Shown: positions 52,035 through 61,623, numbered from the stretch's first letter. The stretch is 64,000 nucleotides of DNA from Verrucomicrobiota bacterium (GCA_016871675.1 VHCN01000013.1:1621-65620); one strand, 5' to 3'. Numbers and translations: made by a program. Notes: generated from the letters alone by a model not told the origin.

Positions 52035-53234
52035 TCAGATCAAGTGGCCGAGTTTGTCGCGCTTGGCCTTGAGGTAGCCTTCGTTGTGCGGGTTGGCGGG
52101 AATCTTGAGCGGGAGCTGGCCGACGATTTCGATGCCGTAGCCGTGCAGGCCGACGACCTTCTTGGGGTTGTTCGTAAGGAGGCGGATGGTTTGGATGCCG
52201 AGGTCGCAGAGGATTTGCGCGCCGAGGCCGTATTCGCGGAGGTCCATGGGGTAGCCGAGCTTGAGGTTGGCTTCGACGGTGTCGAGGCCGCGTTCCTGGA
52301 GCTTGTAGGCGCGGATTTTGGGGGCGAGGCCGATGCCGCGGCCCTCCTGCCGCATGTAAACGACGACGCCGGCGCCTTCGGCGGCGACGCGGCGCATGGC
52401 TTCGTGGAGTTGCGGGCCGCAGTCGCAGCGGCGCGAGCCGAAGACGTCGCCGGTGAGGCATTCGCTGTGGACGCGCACGAGGACGTTGCGCGCGCCGGCG
52501 ACTTCGCCTTTCACGAGCGCCACGTGGTGCTGGCCGTCGGTCGCCGAGCGGTAGAGGTGCAGGTCAAAGTCGCCGAACTCGGTCGGGAGTTTCACCACTT
52601 CGACGCGCTCGACGAGGCGCTCGCGCTGCCGCCGGTGCTGGATGAGCTGCTCGATGGAGTAGATGCGGAGCTTGTGGCGGCGGGAGAACTTGAGGAGGGC
52701 GGGGAGGCGGGCCATTTCGCCGTCGTCGTCCATGATTTCGCAGATGACGCCGATGGGACGGCAGCCGGCGAGCTTGACGAGGTCGACGGCGGCCTCGGTG
52801 TGGCCGGCGCGTTGGAGCACGCCGCCGGGTTTGGCGCGCAGCGGGAAGACGTGGCCAGGCTGCACGAGGTCCTCGGGCACGGCGGTCGGCCCGGCCATGA
52901 CCTCGATGGTGCGCGCGCGGTCGGCGGCGCTGATGCCGGTGGTCACGCCCGTGGCGGCGTCCACGCTCACCTGGAAGTCGGTGCGGAAGGTCTCGCGGTT
53001 TTGCGTGACCATGCGCTCGATGCCGAGTTGCTTGAGCCGGTCGCTGGTCGTCGGCACGCAGATGAGCCCGCGGCCGTGTTTGGCCATGAAATTCACCGCG
53101 GTCGGCGTGGCGAATTCCGCCGCCATGATGAGGTCGCCCTCGTTCTCGCGGTCCGCGTCGTCCACGACGATGACCATGCGCCCGCGGCGCAGGTCGGCGA
53201 GGACGGCTTCGATGGAATCAAACGGGACCTTCAT
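52035..53234 (-). CDS. ribBA: Bifunctional 3,4-dihydroxy-2-butanone-4-phosphate synthase / GTP cyclohydrolase II
   Basis: 399 aa. DDADRENEGDLIMAAE and RAGHTEAAVDL (DHBP synthase); VRVHSECLTGDVFGSRRCDCGPQL and QEGRGIGL (GTP cyclohydrolase II). Confidence 0.95.
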   Translation of the reverse strand: MKVPFDSIEAVLADLRRGRMVIVVDDADRENEGDLIMAAEFATPTAVNFMAKHGRGLICVPTTSDRLKQLGIERMVTQNRETFRTDFQVSVDAATGVTTGISAADRARTIEVMAGPTAVPEDLVQPGHVFPLRAKPGGVLQRAGHTEAAVDLVKLAGCRPIGVICEIMDDDGEMARLPALLKFSRRHKLRIYSIEQLIQHRRQRERLVERVEVVKLPTEFGDFDLHLYRSATDGQHHVALVKGEVAGARNVLVRVHSECLTGDVFGSRRCDCGPQLHEAMRRVAAEGAGVVVYMRQEGRGIGLAPKIRAYKLQERGLDTVEANLKLGYPMDLREYGLGAQILCDLGIQTIRLLTNNPKKVVGLHGYGIEIVGQLPLKIPANPHNEGYLKAKRDKLGHLI

Positions 53235-53352
53235 GCGGGCCGCAGTCTAGCCGCGCGCGCGCGGGCGGGGCAAGGCGGGCGTGTTCGGGCTTGAAGCTCC
53301 CGCGCGCGCGGCCCGGCGGCGGGGAAGAACGCCGAGGTCGCGAAGTGGCTTG

Positions 53353-53410
53353 AAAAAAGTCAGCCGGCCGCGGCCGCGCCATCGGTCATTACGCGTGGGC
53401 GCTGCTGACT
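53353..53410 (-). terminator. Terminator-like hairpin with U5 tract inside the ribBA 5' leader (candidate attenuator)
   Basis: Minus-strand reading: AGUCAGC-AGCGCC-cacgcguaaugaccgau-GGCGCG-gccgcggccg-GCUGACU-UUUUU. A 7-bp closing helix, then a 5-bp inner helix, then U5. It lies about 120 nt upstream of the ribBA ATG. No minus-strand gene upstream could use it as a 3' terminator. Confidence 0.35.
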
Positions 53411-53494
53411 TCGATGGAGTTCTTGGCGAACCGCTGAGGCCGGCCACGAGGGTCCCGCGTTGACATCGCGCCGCGCCGCCGTTACCAAGCCGCC

Positions 53495-54031
53495 ATGAAA
53501 CAACTCATTCACGCCGCGCTCCTCGTCTGCCTCGTTTCCTTCTCCGCCGTCCGCGCGACGGCGGCGCCCGAGTCGTTCAAGGTCAGCGACCTCACGTTCA
53601 AGCGCCCGGCGGGGTGGGAGTGGGTCGAGACGACTTCCAAGATGCGCGCCGCGCAACTCAAGGTCACCGATGCCAAGACCAAGCAGAGCGGCGACGTGAT
53701 TTTCTTCTACTTTGGCGCGGGCGGCGGCGGCGGCGTGAAGGCGAACGTGGACCGCTGGTTCGGGCAGTTCGAGGAGCCGCGCGAGAAGATCAACGCGAAG
53801 ACCGAGGAAGCCACGGTCGGCAAGACGAAGGTCACCTACGTCACCGCCGAGGGAACCTACAAGAGCGGCCAACCGGGCGGCCCCTTCACGCCGATGAAGG
53901 ACCACATGCTGCTGGGAGCAATCGTCGAGGCGAACGAAGGCAGCATCTTCATCCGGCTCACCGCGCCGAAGGACCTCGGCAAGGCGTCCACGGCGGACTT
54001 CAAGAAAATGATCGAAACCGCGTTGAAGTAG
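53495..54031 (+). CDS. Secreted protein of unknown function
   Basis: 178 aa. Signal peptide MKQLIHAALLVCLVSFSAVRATAAP. Internal GAGGGGG loop. No family recognised. Confidence 0.65.
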   Translation: MKQLIHAALLVCLVSFSAVRATAAPESFKVSDLTFKRPAGWEWVETTSKMRAAQLKVTDAKTKQSGDVIFFYFGAGGGGGVKANVDRWFGQFEEPREKINAKTEEATVGKTKVTYVTAEGTYKSGQPGGPFTPMKDHMLLGAIVEANEGSIFIRLTAPKDLGKASTADFKKMIETALK

Positions 54032-54128
54032 CCGCGGGTGATTCGCGCCCAGGGAGTTTGTGCGCCGACACGCCCTTGAAATCCCGCGGGTGGCCTGCCA
54101 GTTTCTGCCCGTCGCTCAACCCACGTCC

Positions 54129-54719
54129 ATGAAACCGAAACTCACACTAGCCTGCACACTCGCCGCGCTCATGACGTGCGCGGTGGCTGCCGACAAGAAA
54201 CTGCCCGACGGCAAATCCCTGCTGCCCGCCGACACGCTCAAGGCCGCCCGCCGCCACGCCGGCCCGAAGCCCTCGGGCGAATTCAAGACCGTGGACGTCG
54301 GGGACCAGGCCTTCAAGCAGGCCATCCGCGTGACGGTGAAGGAAATCCCCGCCAATCCGTGGACCGTCCAGCTCAGCACGCTGACCAGCGCGGACGCGAA
54401 GGAAGGCGACATCGTCCTCGCGAGTTTCTGGGCGCGCTGCGTCGAGTCCAAGGCCGCGGGCACGACGTCGGAGTTTCTCGTTTACTTCGGCATCCCCGAG
54501 GGCGGCGTCGAGCACAGCATCGCGCAGGAACTTTCCATCGGCGCCAAGTGGACGAAGGTGCAGGTGCCCGCGCGCGTCGCCGCCGACTACGCTTCGGGCA
54601 AGGCGATGCTCAACCTCGACTTCGGCTACGCGGTGCAGACGGTCGAGGTCGCGGAGATCAAGGTCACAAACTTCGCCCGAGCGGTGAAACTCGAAGACCT
54701 GCCGGGCTCGGGGTTCTGA
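54129..54719 (+). CDS. Secreted protein of unknown function (beta-sandwich/CBM-like impression only)
   Basis: ORF 54060..54719. ATG 54129 gives the signal peptide MKPKLTLACTLAALMTCAVAA. Alternating beta-strand-like sequence (IRVTVKEI, WTVQLS, IVLASFWARCV, EFLVYFG, KAMLNLDFGY, VEVAEIKVTNF). Confidence 0.6.
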   Translation: MKPKLTLACTLAALMTCAVAADKKLPDGKSLLPADTLKAARRHAGPKPSGEFKTVDVGDQAFKQAIRVTVKEIPANPWTVQLSTLTSADAKEGDIVLASFWARCVESKAAGTTSEFLVYFGIPEGGVEHSIAQELSIGAKWTKVQVPARVAADYASGKAMLNLDFGYAVQTVEVAEIKVTNFARAVKLEDLPGSGF

Positions 54720-54766
54720 CCGGCTTGCGGGCTGACACGCCGCGCCCGATTTGTTGAAGTCACCCC

Positions 54767-55609
54767 GTGCTTTGGCGCGCCCGATCGTTTGAATTCCGGT
54801 TCCCCCGTCCCGCACTGGTGATGGGCATCGTGAACGTCACGCCGGACTCCTTCTCGGACGGCGGGCAGTTCCTCGACGCGGACAAAGCCGTCGCCCACGG
54901 ACTGCGACTCGCCGGCGAGGGCGCCGACATGCTCGACATCGGCGGAGAATCCACGCGCCCCGGCGCGGAACCCGTCTCCGAGGCCGAGGAACTTCGCCGC
55001 GTGCTTCCCGTCATCAGCCAGCTCGCCGCGCGCGTGAGCATCCCACTCTCCATCGACACTCAAAAGCCCGCGGTCGCGCGCGCCGCGCTCGGCGCCGGCG
55101 CGAGCATCGTCAACGACATCGCCGCGAGCCGCGCCGACCCCGCGATGGCGCGGGTCGTCGCCGAAGCCGGCGCGGGTTACGTGGTCATGCACATGCAAGG
55201 CACGCCGCAAACCATGCAGCGCGCCCCGGCCTATGCCGACGTGGCGGCCGAAGTGGACGGGTTCTTCGCGGAGCGGTTGCGGTGGCTCGCGCCGCACGGC
55301 GTGGCGGCGGAACAACTGGCGCTTGACCCCGGCATCGGCTTTGGGAAGACGGTGGGGCACAATTTGAAATTGCTCGCGGCCATTCCGCGGTTTACAAAGC
55401 ACCGGCGCCCGTTGCTGGTCGGAGTCTCCCGCAAGTCATTCCTCGGGCAACTCCTCGGCGCTGGCGTTGCGGCGCGGCTTCCGGCGGCGCTGGCATGCAC
55501 GGTGACGGCGGCGCGCGACGGCGCGAACGTGTTCCGCACGCACGACGTGGCGGCCACCGCGCAGGCGCTCCGGATGGCCGAGGCCCTCGGCGCGCAGGAC
55601 ATCCGATGA
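54767..55609 (+). CDS. folP: Dihydropteroate synthase
   Basis: 280 aa with a GTG start. VMGIVNVTPDSFSDGG, DIGGESTRPGA, SIDTQKP, DPGIGFGKT. Confidence 0.9.
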   Translation: MLWRARSFEFRFPRPALVMGIVNVTPDSFSDGGQFLDADKAVAHGLRLAGEGADMLDIGGESTRPGAEPVSEAEELRRVLPVISQLAARVSIPLSIDTQKPAVARAALGAGASIVNDIAASRADPAMARVVAEAGAGYVVMHMQGTPQTMQRAPAYADVAAEVDGFFAERLRWLAPHGVAAEQLALDPGIGFGKTVGHNLKLLAAIPRFTKHRRPLLVGVSRKSFLGQLLGAGVAARLPAALACTVTAARDGANVFRTHDVAATAQALRMAEALGAQDIR

Positions 55610-56529
55610 ACTGGACCCCGATCAAAGAGCACTGGCGGGACGGCGTGGAGATTCTCCTCCTCGCGGTGGTGATCTATTACGCCTACAACTTCCTGCGCCG
55701 GACGCGGGGCGCGCCGATCGTCAACGGGTTGCTCGTGCTGTTGGCGCTTGCGTTCGTCACGGCGGCGCTCAAGCTCGAGGTGCTGAGCTGGCTGCTGAGC
55801 GCGGTCCTCACGCTGTCCGCGCTTGCGGCCGTCGTGATCTTCCAGCCCGAGTTGCGCAAACTCCTCGCCGAGCTCGGCACGCAGCGGCTGTTTGTCACGG
55901 CGCGAGAGCAGCGCGAGAAGATCGAGGTCATCATCCAGACGGTCGAGCGCCTCGCGGATGTCCGCATCGGCGCGCTCATCGCCATCGAGCAGAAGATCGA
56001 CCTCCAGAACGCCGTCGAGAGCAGCATCGTCGTGGATTGCGAATCCACGCCCGAGATGCTCGAGACGATCTTCTTCCCGAACAACGCCATCCACGACGGA
56101 GGCGTCGTGATCAAGAACGGCCGCATCCTCCGCGCCGCGTGCATCTTCCCGCTCACGCAGCGACCCGACCTGAGCAAGTCGCTCGGCACGCGCCACCGCG
56201 CGGCCATCGGGCTTGCGGAGGAGACCGACGCGCTCGTCGTGGTCGTCTCCGAGGAAACCGGCCAGCTCTCGTATGCGCACAATGGGCAGTTCACCAAGAA
56301 CGTGACGGTCGAGGCGCTTCGTTCGTTCCTCACCGCGGAACTCATCCCGCAAGGCCGCCCGCAAAACGTCCTCGAATGGCTGCGAAGCCACGTCGAGGCC
56401 TGGTTGAAGGAGCGGCCCGCCCCCGCGCCTCCGCACTCCGATCCGGGCCCGTTCACCGCCGCCAAATCCGCCCGCCCCACCGCCGCGCCGCCGTCCGTCC
56501 CGCCTGCGAAGGCGACGGCCAAGCCCTGA
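55606..56529 (+). CDS. cdaA: Diadenylate cyclase (c-di-AMP synthase), membrane-anchored CdaA type
   Basis: ORF 55495..56529. ATG 55606 overlaps the folP stop (ATGA). Three N-terminal TM helices, then DisA_N motifs GALIAIEQ, HDGGVVI and LGTRHRAAIGLAEETDALVVVVSEETGQLS. Pro/Ala-rich C-terminal tail. Confidence 0.9.
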   Translation: MNWTPIKEHWRDGVEILLLAVVIYYAYNFLRRTRGAPIVNGLLVLLALAFVTAALKLEVLSWLLSAVLTLSALAAVVIFQPELRKLLAELGTQRLFVTAREQREKIEVIIQTVERLADVRIGALIAIEQKIDLQNAVESSIVVDCESTPEMLETIFFPNNAIHDGGVVIKNGRILRAACIFPLTQRPDLSKSLGTRHRAAIGLAEETDALVVVVSEETGQLSYAHNGQFTKNVTVEALRSFLTAELIPQGRPQNVLEWLRSHVEAWLKERPAPAPPHSDPGPFTAAKSARPTAAPPSVPPAKATAKP

Positions 56530-56541
56530 CCCCGCCCGCCG

Positions 56542-56994
56542 ATGCTCCGCGACCTGATCGTCACAGATTTCTGGGTGAAGCTCGTGTCCGTGCTCGCTGC
56601 CGTGGTCGTGTGGGGCACGGTGAAGATCAAGATCAGCCGCCAGCCGGACCCGGTCGCGAAGGCCGAGAGCGCGCTGGAAGCGCGCACCTTCCGCAAACTT
56701 GCCGTCGCGATGCTCAAGGCGCCCGGCGATGCGCGCGGATTCACGGTTGCGCCCGGCGAGGTGGACATCACCGTCACGGCGGCATTCGAGGTGATGAGCA
56801 CGCTCGGGGCGCGCGACTTCGAAGTGTTTGTAAATCTCACCGACGCTCGCGACATCGTGGGCAGGACCAAGCCCGTGGTCGTGCACCTGCCCGAGGGCGT
56901 CACGCTCTTGAACGTCGAGCCCCGCGAGGTCACAATCTCCGCCGCGCAACCCAACGCGCCACGGCTGAACGCGGACAAGCAACCGAATCCATGA
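56542..56994 (+). CDS. cdaR: YbbR-like domain protein (short CdaR-type CdaA partner)
   Basis: 150 aa. N-terminal TM (FWVKLVSVLAAVVVWGTV) and one YbbR-like repeat (FTVAPGEVDITVTAAFEVMSTLGARDFEVFVNLTD...VVVHLPEGVTLLNVEPREVTI). Sits between cdaA and glmM. Confidence 0.7.
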   Translation: MLRDLIVTDFWVKLVSVLAAVVVWGTVKIKISRQPDPVAKAESALEARTFRKLAVAMLKAPGDARGFTVAPGEVDITVTAAFEVMSTLGARDFEVFVNLTDARDIVGRTKPVVVHLPEGVTLLNVEPREVTISAAQPNAPRLNADKQPNP

Positions 56995-58373
56995 GCGCCC
57001 AGAAACGACTTTTCGGCACCGACGGCGTCCGCGGCACCGCCAACATGGAGCCCGTCACGGCCGAGACCGCGCTCAAGCTCGGCCGCGCCGCCGCGCACGT
57101 CTTCAAGAACTCCGAGTTCGGCTCGCGCGGCCGCGGCAAACACAAGATCGTCATCGGCAAGGACACCCGGCTCTCCGGCTACATGCTCGAGAACGCACTC
57201 TCCGCCGGCATCCTCTCGATGGGAGTCGACGTGCTCTTCATCGGACCGCTGCCGACGCCCGGCGTCGCGTATGTCACGCGCAGCCTCCGCGCCGATGCCG
57301 GCATCGTCATCACCGCGTCGCACAATCCTTACGATGACAACGGCATCAAGTTCTTTGGCCCCGACGGCTTCAAGCTCGCCGACCCCATCGAGTCGCAAAT
57401 CGAGGACCTTGTCTTCAGTGGCGACGTCGAGGGCATCCGGCCCAGCGCGCTCGAGGTCGGCAAGGCCGTCCGCATCGACGACGCCCTCGGCCGCTACATC
57501 GAGTTTGCCAAGACCTCCTTCCCGCGCGGACAGACCCTCGACCACCTGCGCATCGTCGTGGATTGCGCGAACGGCGCCGCCTACAAGGCCACGCCCTGCG
57601 TGCTGCGCGAACTCGGCGCCGAAATCTTCGTCTCCGGCCACACGCCCGACGGATTCAACATCAACAAGGAATGCGGTTCCATGCACCCGCAAGCCTTGTG
57701 CTCGAAAGTCCGCGAATACGGCGCCAACCTCGGCATCGCGCACGACGGCGACGCCGACCGCGTCCTCCTGTGCGACGAAAACGGCACGATGCTCGACGGC
57801 GACGACATCATGGCCATCGTCGCGCTCGACATGCTCGGCCACGGCACGCTCGCGGGCAAGACGCTCGTCACCACCGTCATGAGCAACGCCGGCCTCGACG
57901 CCGCGGTGCAGGCCGCCGGCGGGCGCGTCGTCCGCACCGACGTCGGCGACAAGAATGTGATCGATGAAATGTTGCGCGGCGGCTTCAATTTCGGCGGCGA
58001 GGAAAGCGGACACCTGATCTTCCGCGACTACTCGACCACCGGCGACGGCCTCGTCGCCGCGCTGCAAGTGCTCTCGATCATGAAGGCGGGAGGCGTCGCC
58101 CTGTCCGGCTTGTGCCGGGGTTGGGCGCGCTTCCCGAAAGTCGTCACCAACATCAAGGTGCGGGAGAAGCGCCCCTTCGCCGAGCTCAAGGGCGTGATGG
58201 CCTTGATCAAGGAAGCCGAGGCCGAGGTGCAGCCCGCGGGCGGGCGCGTGCTGCTGCGCTACTCGGGCACCGAGCCCAAGGCGCGACTCCTCCTCGAAGG
58301 CCGCGACACCACCGTCCTCAACCGACACTCCAAGAAAATCGCCGAAGCCATCCAGACGCAGGTGGGAGGGTAG
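56991..58373 (+). CDS. glmM: Phosphoglucosamine mutase
   Basis: ORF 56037..58373. ATG 56991 overlaps the cdaR stop (ATGA). MSAQKRLFGTDGVRGTAN, active-site TASHNPYDDNGIKFF, AHDGDADR, GGEESGH. Confidence 0.95.
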   Translation: MSAQKRLFGTDGVRGTANMEPVTAETALKLGRAAAHVFKNSEFGSRGRGKHKIVIGKDTRLSGYMLENALSAGILSMGVDVLFIGPLPTPGVAYVTRSLRADAGIVITASHNPYDDNGIKFFGPDGFKLADPIESQIEDLVFSGDVEGIRPSALEVGKAVRIDDALGRYIEFAKTSFPRGQTLDHLRIVVDCANGAAYKATPCVLRELGAEIFVSGHTPDGFNINKECGSMHPQALCSKVREYGANLGIAHDGDADRVLLCDENGTMLDGDDIMAIVALDMLGHGTLAGKTLVTTVMSNAGLDAAVQAAGGRVVRTDVGDKNVIDEMLRGGFNFGGEESGHLIFRDYSTTGDGLVAALQVLSIMKAGGVALSGLCRGWARFPKVVTNIKVREKRPFAELKGVMALIKEAEAEVQPAGGRVLLRYSGTEPKARLLLEGRDTTVLNRHSKKIAEAIQTQVGG

Positions 58374-58477
58374 CCGGGCCGGACGCGTCACGCATTTGAC
58401 GGAATGGGTGGACCACGGAGGCCCAAAGGTCACGAAGCAGGCGCAGCGGGAGTCCGCCCGTTCGCCGCCCGGTGACC

Positions 58478-58544
58478 TGTGCGTCTTCGCGGTTCAATCA
58501 GCGCTTCCATAATCCGTGTTCATTCGTGTCGCTTCGTGGTTAAC
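58478..58544. repeat. Degenerate short-period TCGTG/TCGCG-type intergenic repeat element
   Basis: Read directly: tgtGCGTCTTCGCGGTTCAAtcagcgcttccataatcCGTGTTCATTCGTGTCGCTTCGTGGTTAAc. Two related arms each end in GGTT(C)AA, with repeated TTCGYG units. Only one copy in this window. Confidence 0.3.
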
Positions 58545-58563
58545 TCCCGCGCGAGACTGACCG

Positions 58564-59463
58564 ATGGCGCACGTATCGGATTTCCTTTCGCCCGCCGAGC
58601 TGCAGAAGATTTCCAATCTGCAGGTCGTCGCGCGTCTCGTCGTCGAGGGGTTTTTCTCCGGCCTGCACAAGTCGCCGCACAAGGGCTTCAGCGTCGAGTT
58701 CGCCCAGCACCGGCAGTATGTGCAGGGCGATGAAATCCGCCGCCTCGACTGGAAGGTGTTCGGCAAGACCGACCGCTTCTACATCCGCGAGTTCGAGGAG
58801 GAGACGAATCTGCGCGCCACGCTGCTGCTCGATTTGAGCGGCTCGATGGCCTACGGCGGCGACCACTCGCCCTCCAAGCAGCAATACGCCACGCGGCTCG
58901 CCGCCGCGCTCGCGTATCTCATGCTCCAGCAGCGCGACAGCGTGGGCATGGTCACGTTCGACTCGAAGCTCCGCCGCTACATCCCGCAACGCTCCGGCGT
59001 CGGCCATTTGCGCGTGCTCATGGACGAGTTGCAATCCGCCCACCCCGGCGGCGAAACCGCGCTCGCGTCCGTCTTCCGCGACCTCGTCCCGCGCATCCAC
59101 CGGCGCGGGCTGCTCATCATCCTCTCGGACTGCTTCGGCGAGGTGAAGGACCTCGTCACCGCGCTCGCGCAGTTCCGGCACGCGCGCCACGAGATTCTGC
59201 TGTTTCAGATTCTCGACCGCGACGAGCTCACGTTTCCCTTCAAGCGCTGGACCAAGTTTGACTCGCTCGAAGTGCCCGGCCAGTTCCGGCTGATCGAGCC
59301 CGCGCAATTCCGCGCGGCGTATCTGGACAATCTCAAGAAATTCCAGGACGAACTCACGGCCGGGTGCCACCGGCACCGGATAGACCTCGTTCCGATGGTC
59401 ACCGACCAGCCGTATGCCGAGGCGCTGGCGGCTTACCTGACGAAGCGGCTCGCGCGAGGATGA
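58564..59463 (+). CDS. DUF58 domain protein (MoxR-system associated, vWA-like)
   Basis: 299 aa. [62 protein letters not shown] is the classic DUF58 core, followed by LLLDLSGSM. Confidence 0.85.
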   Translation: MAHVSDFLSPAELQKISNLQVVARLVVEGFFSGLHKSPHKGFSVEFAQHRQYVQGDEIRRLDWKVFGKTDRFYIREFEEETNLRATLLLDLSGSMAYGGDHSPSKQQYATRLAAALAYLMLQQRDSVGMVTFDSKLRRYIPQRSGVGHLRVLMDELQSAHPGGETALASVFRDLVPRIHRRGLLIILSDCFGEVKDLVTALAQFRHARHEILLFQILDRDELTFPFKRWTKFDSLEVPGQFRLIEPAQFRAAYLDNLKKFQDELTAGCHRHRIDLVPMVTDQPYAEALAAYLTKRLARG

Positions 59464-61622
59464 CCTTTCTCAACGCCATTCTGCTCGGCGGTCTCGCAGC
59501 GGCTTCGCTGCCGGTGCTGATCCATCTCTTCAACAAGAACCGCTTCCGCGTGGTGCGCTGGGGCGCGATGCACCTCATCAACACCGCGTTCGAGAAGAAC
59601 CAGCGCCGCCTCAACCTCGATCATCTGCTCCTGCTGCTCGTGCGCTGCGCCATCCCCGCCGTGCTCGCGCTGTGCATGGCGCGGCCCGTCCTCACGGGTG
59701 CGGCGCGGTTGCTTGGAGCGGACAAGGCGTCGCTCGTCGTCCTGCTCGACAACAGCTACTCGATGGACTCGGGCGCGGGCGCCTCGGCGAACTTCAACAC
59801 CGCCCGTGACACGGCCACGAAGATCATCGAGGGCGCGGGCCGCGGCTCGGATTTCTCGGTGCTGCTCATGGCGGGCGGGGCGCGGCCGCTGCTCGACGGC
59901 GCGGGCTTCGATGTCCCGCGCCTCGTGAAGGAACTCGGCACGCTGCACGCCGGCTACGGCAAGGCGCAGGTCGGCGAATCGCTCGAGGCCGCGGCCGCGC
60001 AAGTCGGCCGGATGCAGCAGCCGAACCGCGAGATCGTCGTGCTGACGGATTTCCAAAGGGTGAGCTGGTCGGACGAACAAGCTGCGGCCCGGGCCCGCGC
60101 CGTCGAGCAACTCAAGGCGCTGCCGCTCCCCCCGCAGGTGACGCTGCTCCACGTCGGCGCGCCCGGTCGCGACAACGTGGCCGTCGAGTCGCTCGACTTC
60201 TCGCGGCTCGTGCTCGGCATCGGGCAGACGCTCAACGTGCGCGCCAACGTGCGCAACTTCGGCGAGCGCGATTATCCGGAGCTGCGCGTCTATTTCCGCG
60301 TGGACGGCCGCGAGCGGTCTGCGGCGCAAATCCAACTCGCGGCCGGCGAGCAGCGGCAGGTGCTGTTCACCACGGCCTTCGACACGGCGGGCTCGCACGT
60401 CGTCGAAGTCCACGCCGACGCCGACGCGCTCAAGGCCGACAACTCGCTTTCCGCAAGCATCCCCGTGTGGAACGAAGTCCCGGTGCTGCTCGTCAACGGC
60501 GACCCCAGCCCGGAGCCGCTGAAAGGCGAGACGGATTTCCTCGAGGTCGCGCTGCAGCCGTTTGGGCAGGCGAAGGCCGGCCTCACGGACCTCATCAAGA
60601 CGCGCGTGATCCCGACGGCGGAGCTTGGCGCGGCGTCGCTCGCGCAGCGGCGCGTGGCCGTGCTCGCCAACGTGCGGCAGATTTCGGACGTGCAGCTTGC
60701 CGCGCTGCGCGACTTCGTGAAGGACGGCGGCGGTTTGCTCATCTTTCCCGGCAACCGCGCGAACACGGACTGGCACAACCTTGTCTTCGCCGGCCGCCAG
60801 GGCGCGGAAGAGCTTCTGCCGCTCCAACTCGCGTCCCTCGGCGGTTCGCCGGATGACCACGCGCCGCGCGCGCGCATCGTCGCGGAGCATTACTCGCATC
60901 CCGCGCTTGAACTGTTCAACGACCCGCGCAACGGCTCGCTCGCCGACGCGCAGATCAAGCTCTGGTATAAGCTGCGCCTGCCGCGCGAGCCGGACCCGAA
61001 TCTCACCGTGATCGCGAACCTCTCGTCCGGCGACCCGTTCCTGGTCGAGCGCCGCGTGGGCGAGGGCCGCGTGATGTTATGCACGACCGCGTGCGACGCC
61101 GACTGGGGCGACCTCCCGGTGAAGCCATTCTACCTGCCGCTCATGCAGCGCCTCGTGACGTATCTCGCCTCGACCGTGTTCCCGCCGCGCAACGTCGAGG
61201 TCGGCAAGCCGCTCGCCGCCTTTTTTCCGAAGGCCGAGGCGGGGCGGGTCGCCGTCTTCACCGACCCGTCGGGCTTGCGGCATGAAGTGGCGCTGACGGC
61301 AAAGGGTTCGCGCGCCACTGCGGAGTTCACCGAGGCTCGCCAGCCGGGGCTTTACGTGATGAACGGGCCGGACGGCAGCACGGTGCACTTTGTCGCGAAC
61401 ACGTCGCGCGAGGAGTCCGACCTCAGGCCGCTCTCGCCCGCCGAGCGCGAAGCCATTGCGAAGGCGATGGGCGCGACGGTGGTGAACTCGCTCAAGGAAT
61501 ACCAGGACCGCGACCACGGCCGGCGGTTCGGGCGCGAAATCTGGAAGCCACTGCTGTGGGTGGTGCTGGCGTTGCTGCTCGGGGAGCTGGCGCTTCAACA
61601 GTGGTTCGCTGGAAGGCGATGA
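59460..61622 (+). CDS. BatA-type N-terminal double-TM + vWA-like domain membrane protein
   Basis: ORF 59364..61622. ATG 59460 overlaps the DUF58 stop (ATGA). [40 protein letters not shown] is the aerotolerance-regulator (BatA) N-terminal motif. [10 protein letters not shown] (MIDAS-like). C-terminal [20 protein letters not shown]. Confidence 0.8.
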   Translation: MTFLNAILLGGLAAASLPVLIHLFNKNRFRVVRWGAMHLINTAFEKNQRRLNLDHLLLLLVRCAIPAVLALCMARPVLTGAARLLGADKASLVVLLDNSYSMDSGAGASANFNTARDTATKIIEGAGRGSDFSVLLMAGGARPLLDGAGFDVPRLVKELGTLHAGYGKAQVGESLEAAAAQVGRMQQPNREIVVLTDFQRVSWSDEQAAARARAVEQLKALPLPPQVTLLHVGAPGRDNVAVESLDFSRLVLGIGQTLNVRANVRNFGERDYPELRVYFRVDGRERSAAQIQLAAGEQRQVLFTTAFDTAGSHVVEVHADADALKADNSLSASIPVWNEVPVLLVNGDPSPEPLKGETDFLEVALQPFGQAKAGLTDLIKTRVIPTAELGAASLAQRRVAVLANVRQISDVQLAALRDFVKDGGGLLIFPGNRANTDWHNLVFAGRQGAEELLPLQLASLGGSPDDHAPRARIVAEHYSHPALELFNDPRNGSLADAQIKLWYKLRLPREPDPNLTVIANLSSGDPFLVERRVGEGRVMLCTTACDADWGDLPVKPFYLPLMQRLVTYLASTVFPPRNVEVGKPLAAFFPKAEAGRVAVFTDPSGLRHEVALTAKGSRATAEFTEARQPGLYVMNGPDGSTVHFVANTSREESDLRPLSPAEREAIAKAMGATVVNSLKEYQDRDHGRRFGREIWKPLLWVVLALLLGELALQQWFAGRR

Positions 61623-61623
61623 C

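Noticed and set aside
51505-53294. 318-aa Pro/Arg-rich minus ORF and 583-aa plus ORF over ribH/ribBA
   Set aside because: These are shadow ORFs. The ribH and ribBA frames carry complete catalytic motifs.
53235-53494. Calling a canonical FMN (RFN) riboswitch upstream of ribBA
   Set aside because: One is expected from context, but I could not find the conserved aptamer core strings by eye and the available space seems short. I report only the hairpin and leave the call to a covariance-model search.
55683-58433. 916-aa minus-strand ORF and the plus-strand N-terminal extension 56037..56990
   Set aside because: The first is antisense to cdaA, cdaR and glmM. The second is an out-of-context extension of glmM that overlaps cdaA and cdaR. 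The true glmM start is the ATGA junction at 56991.
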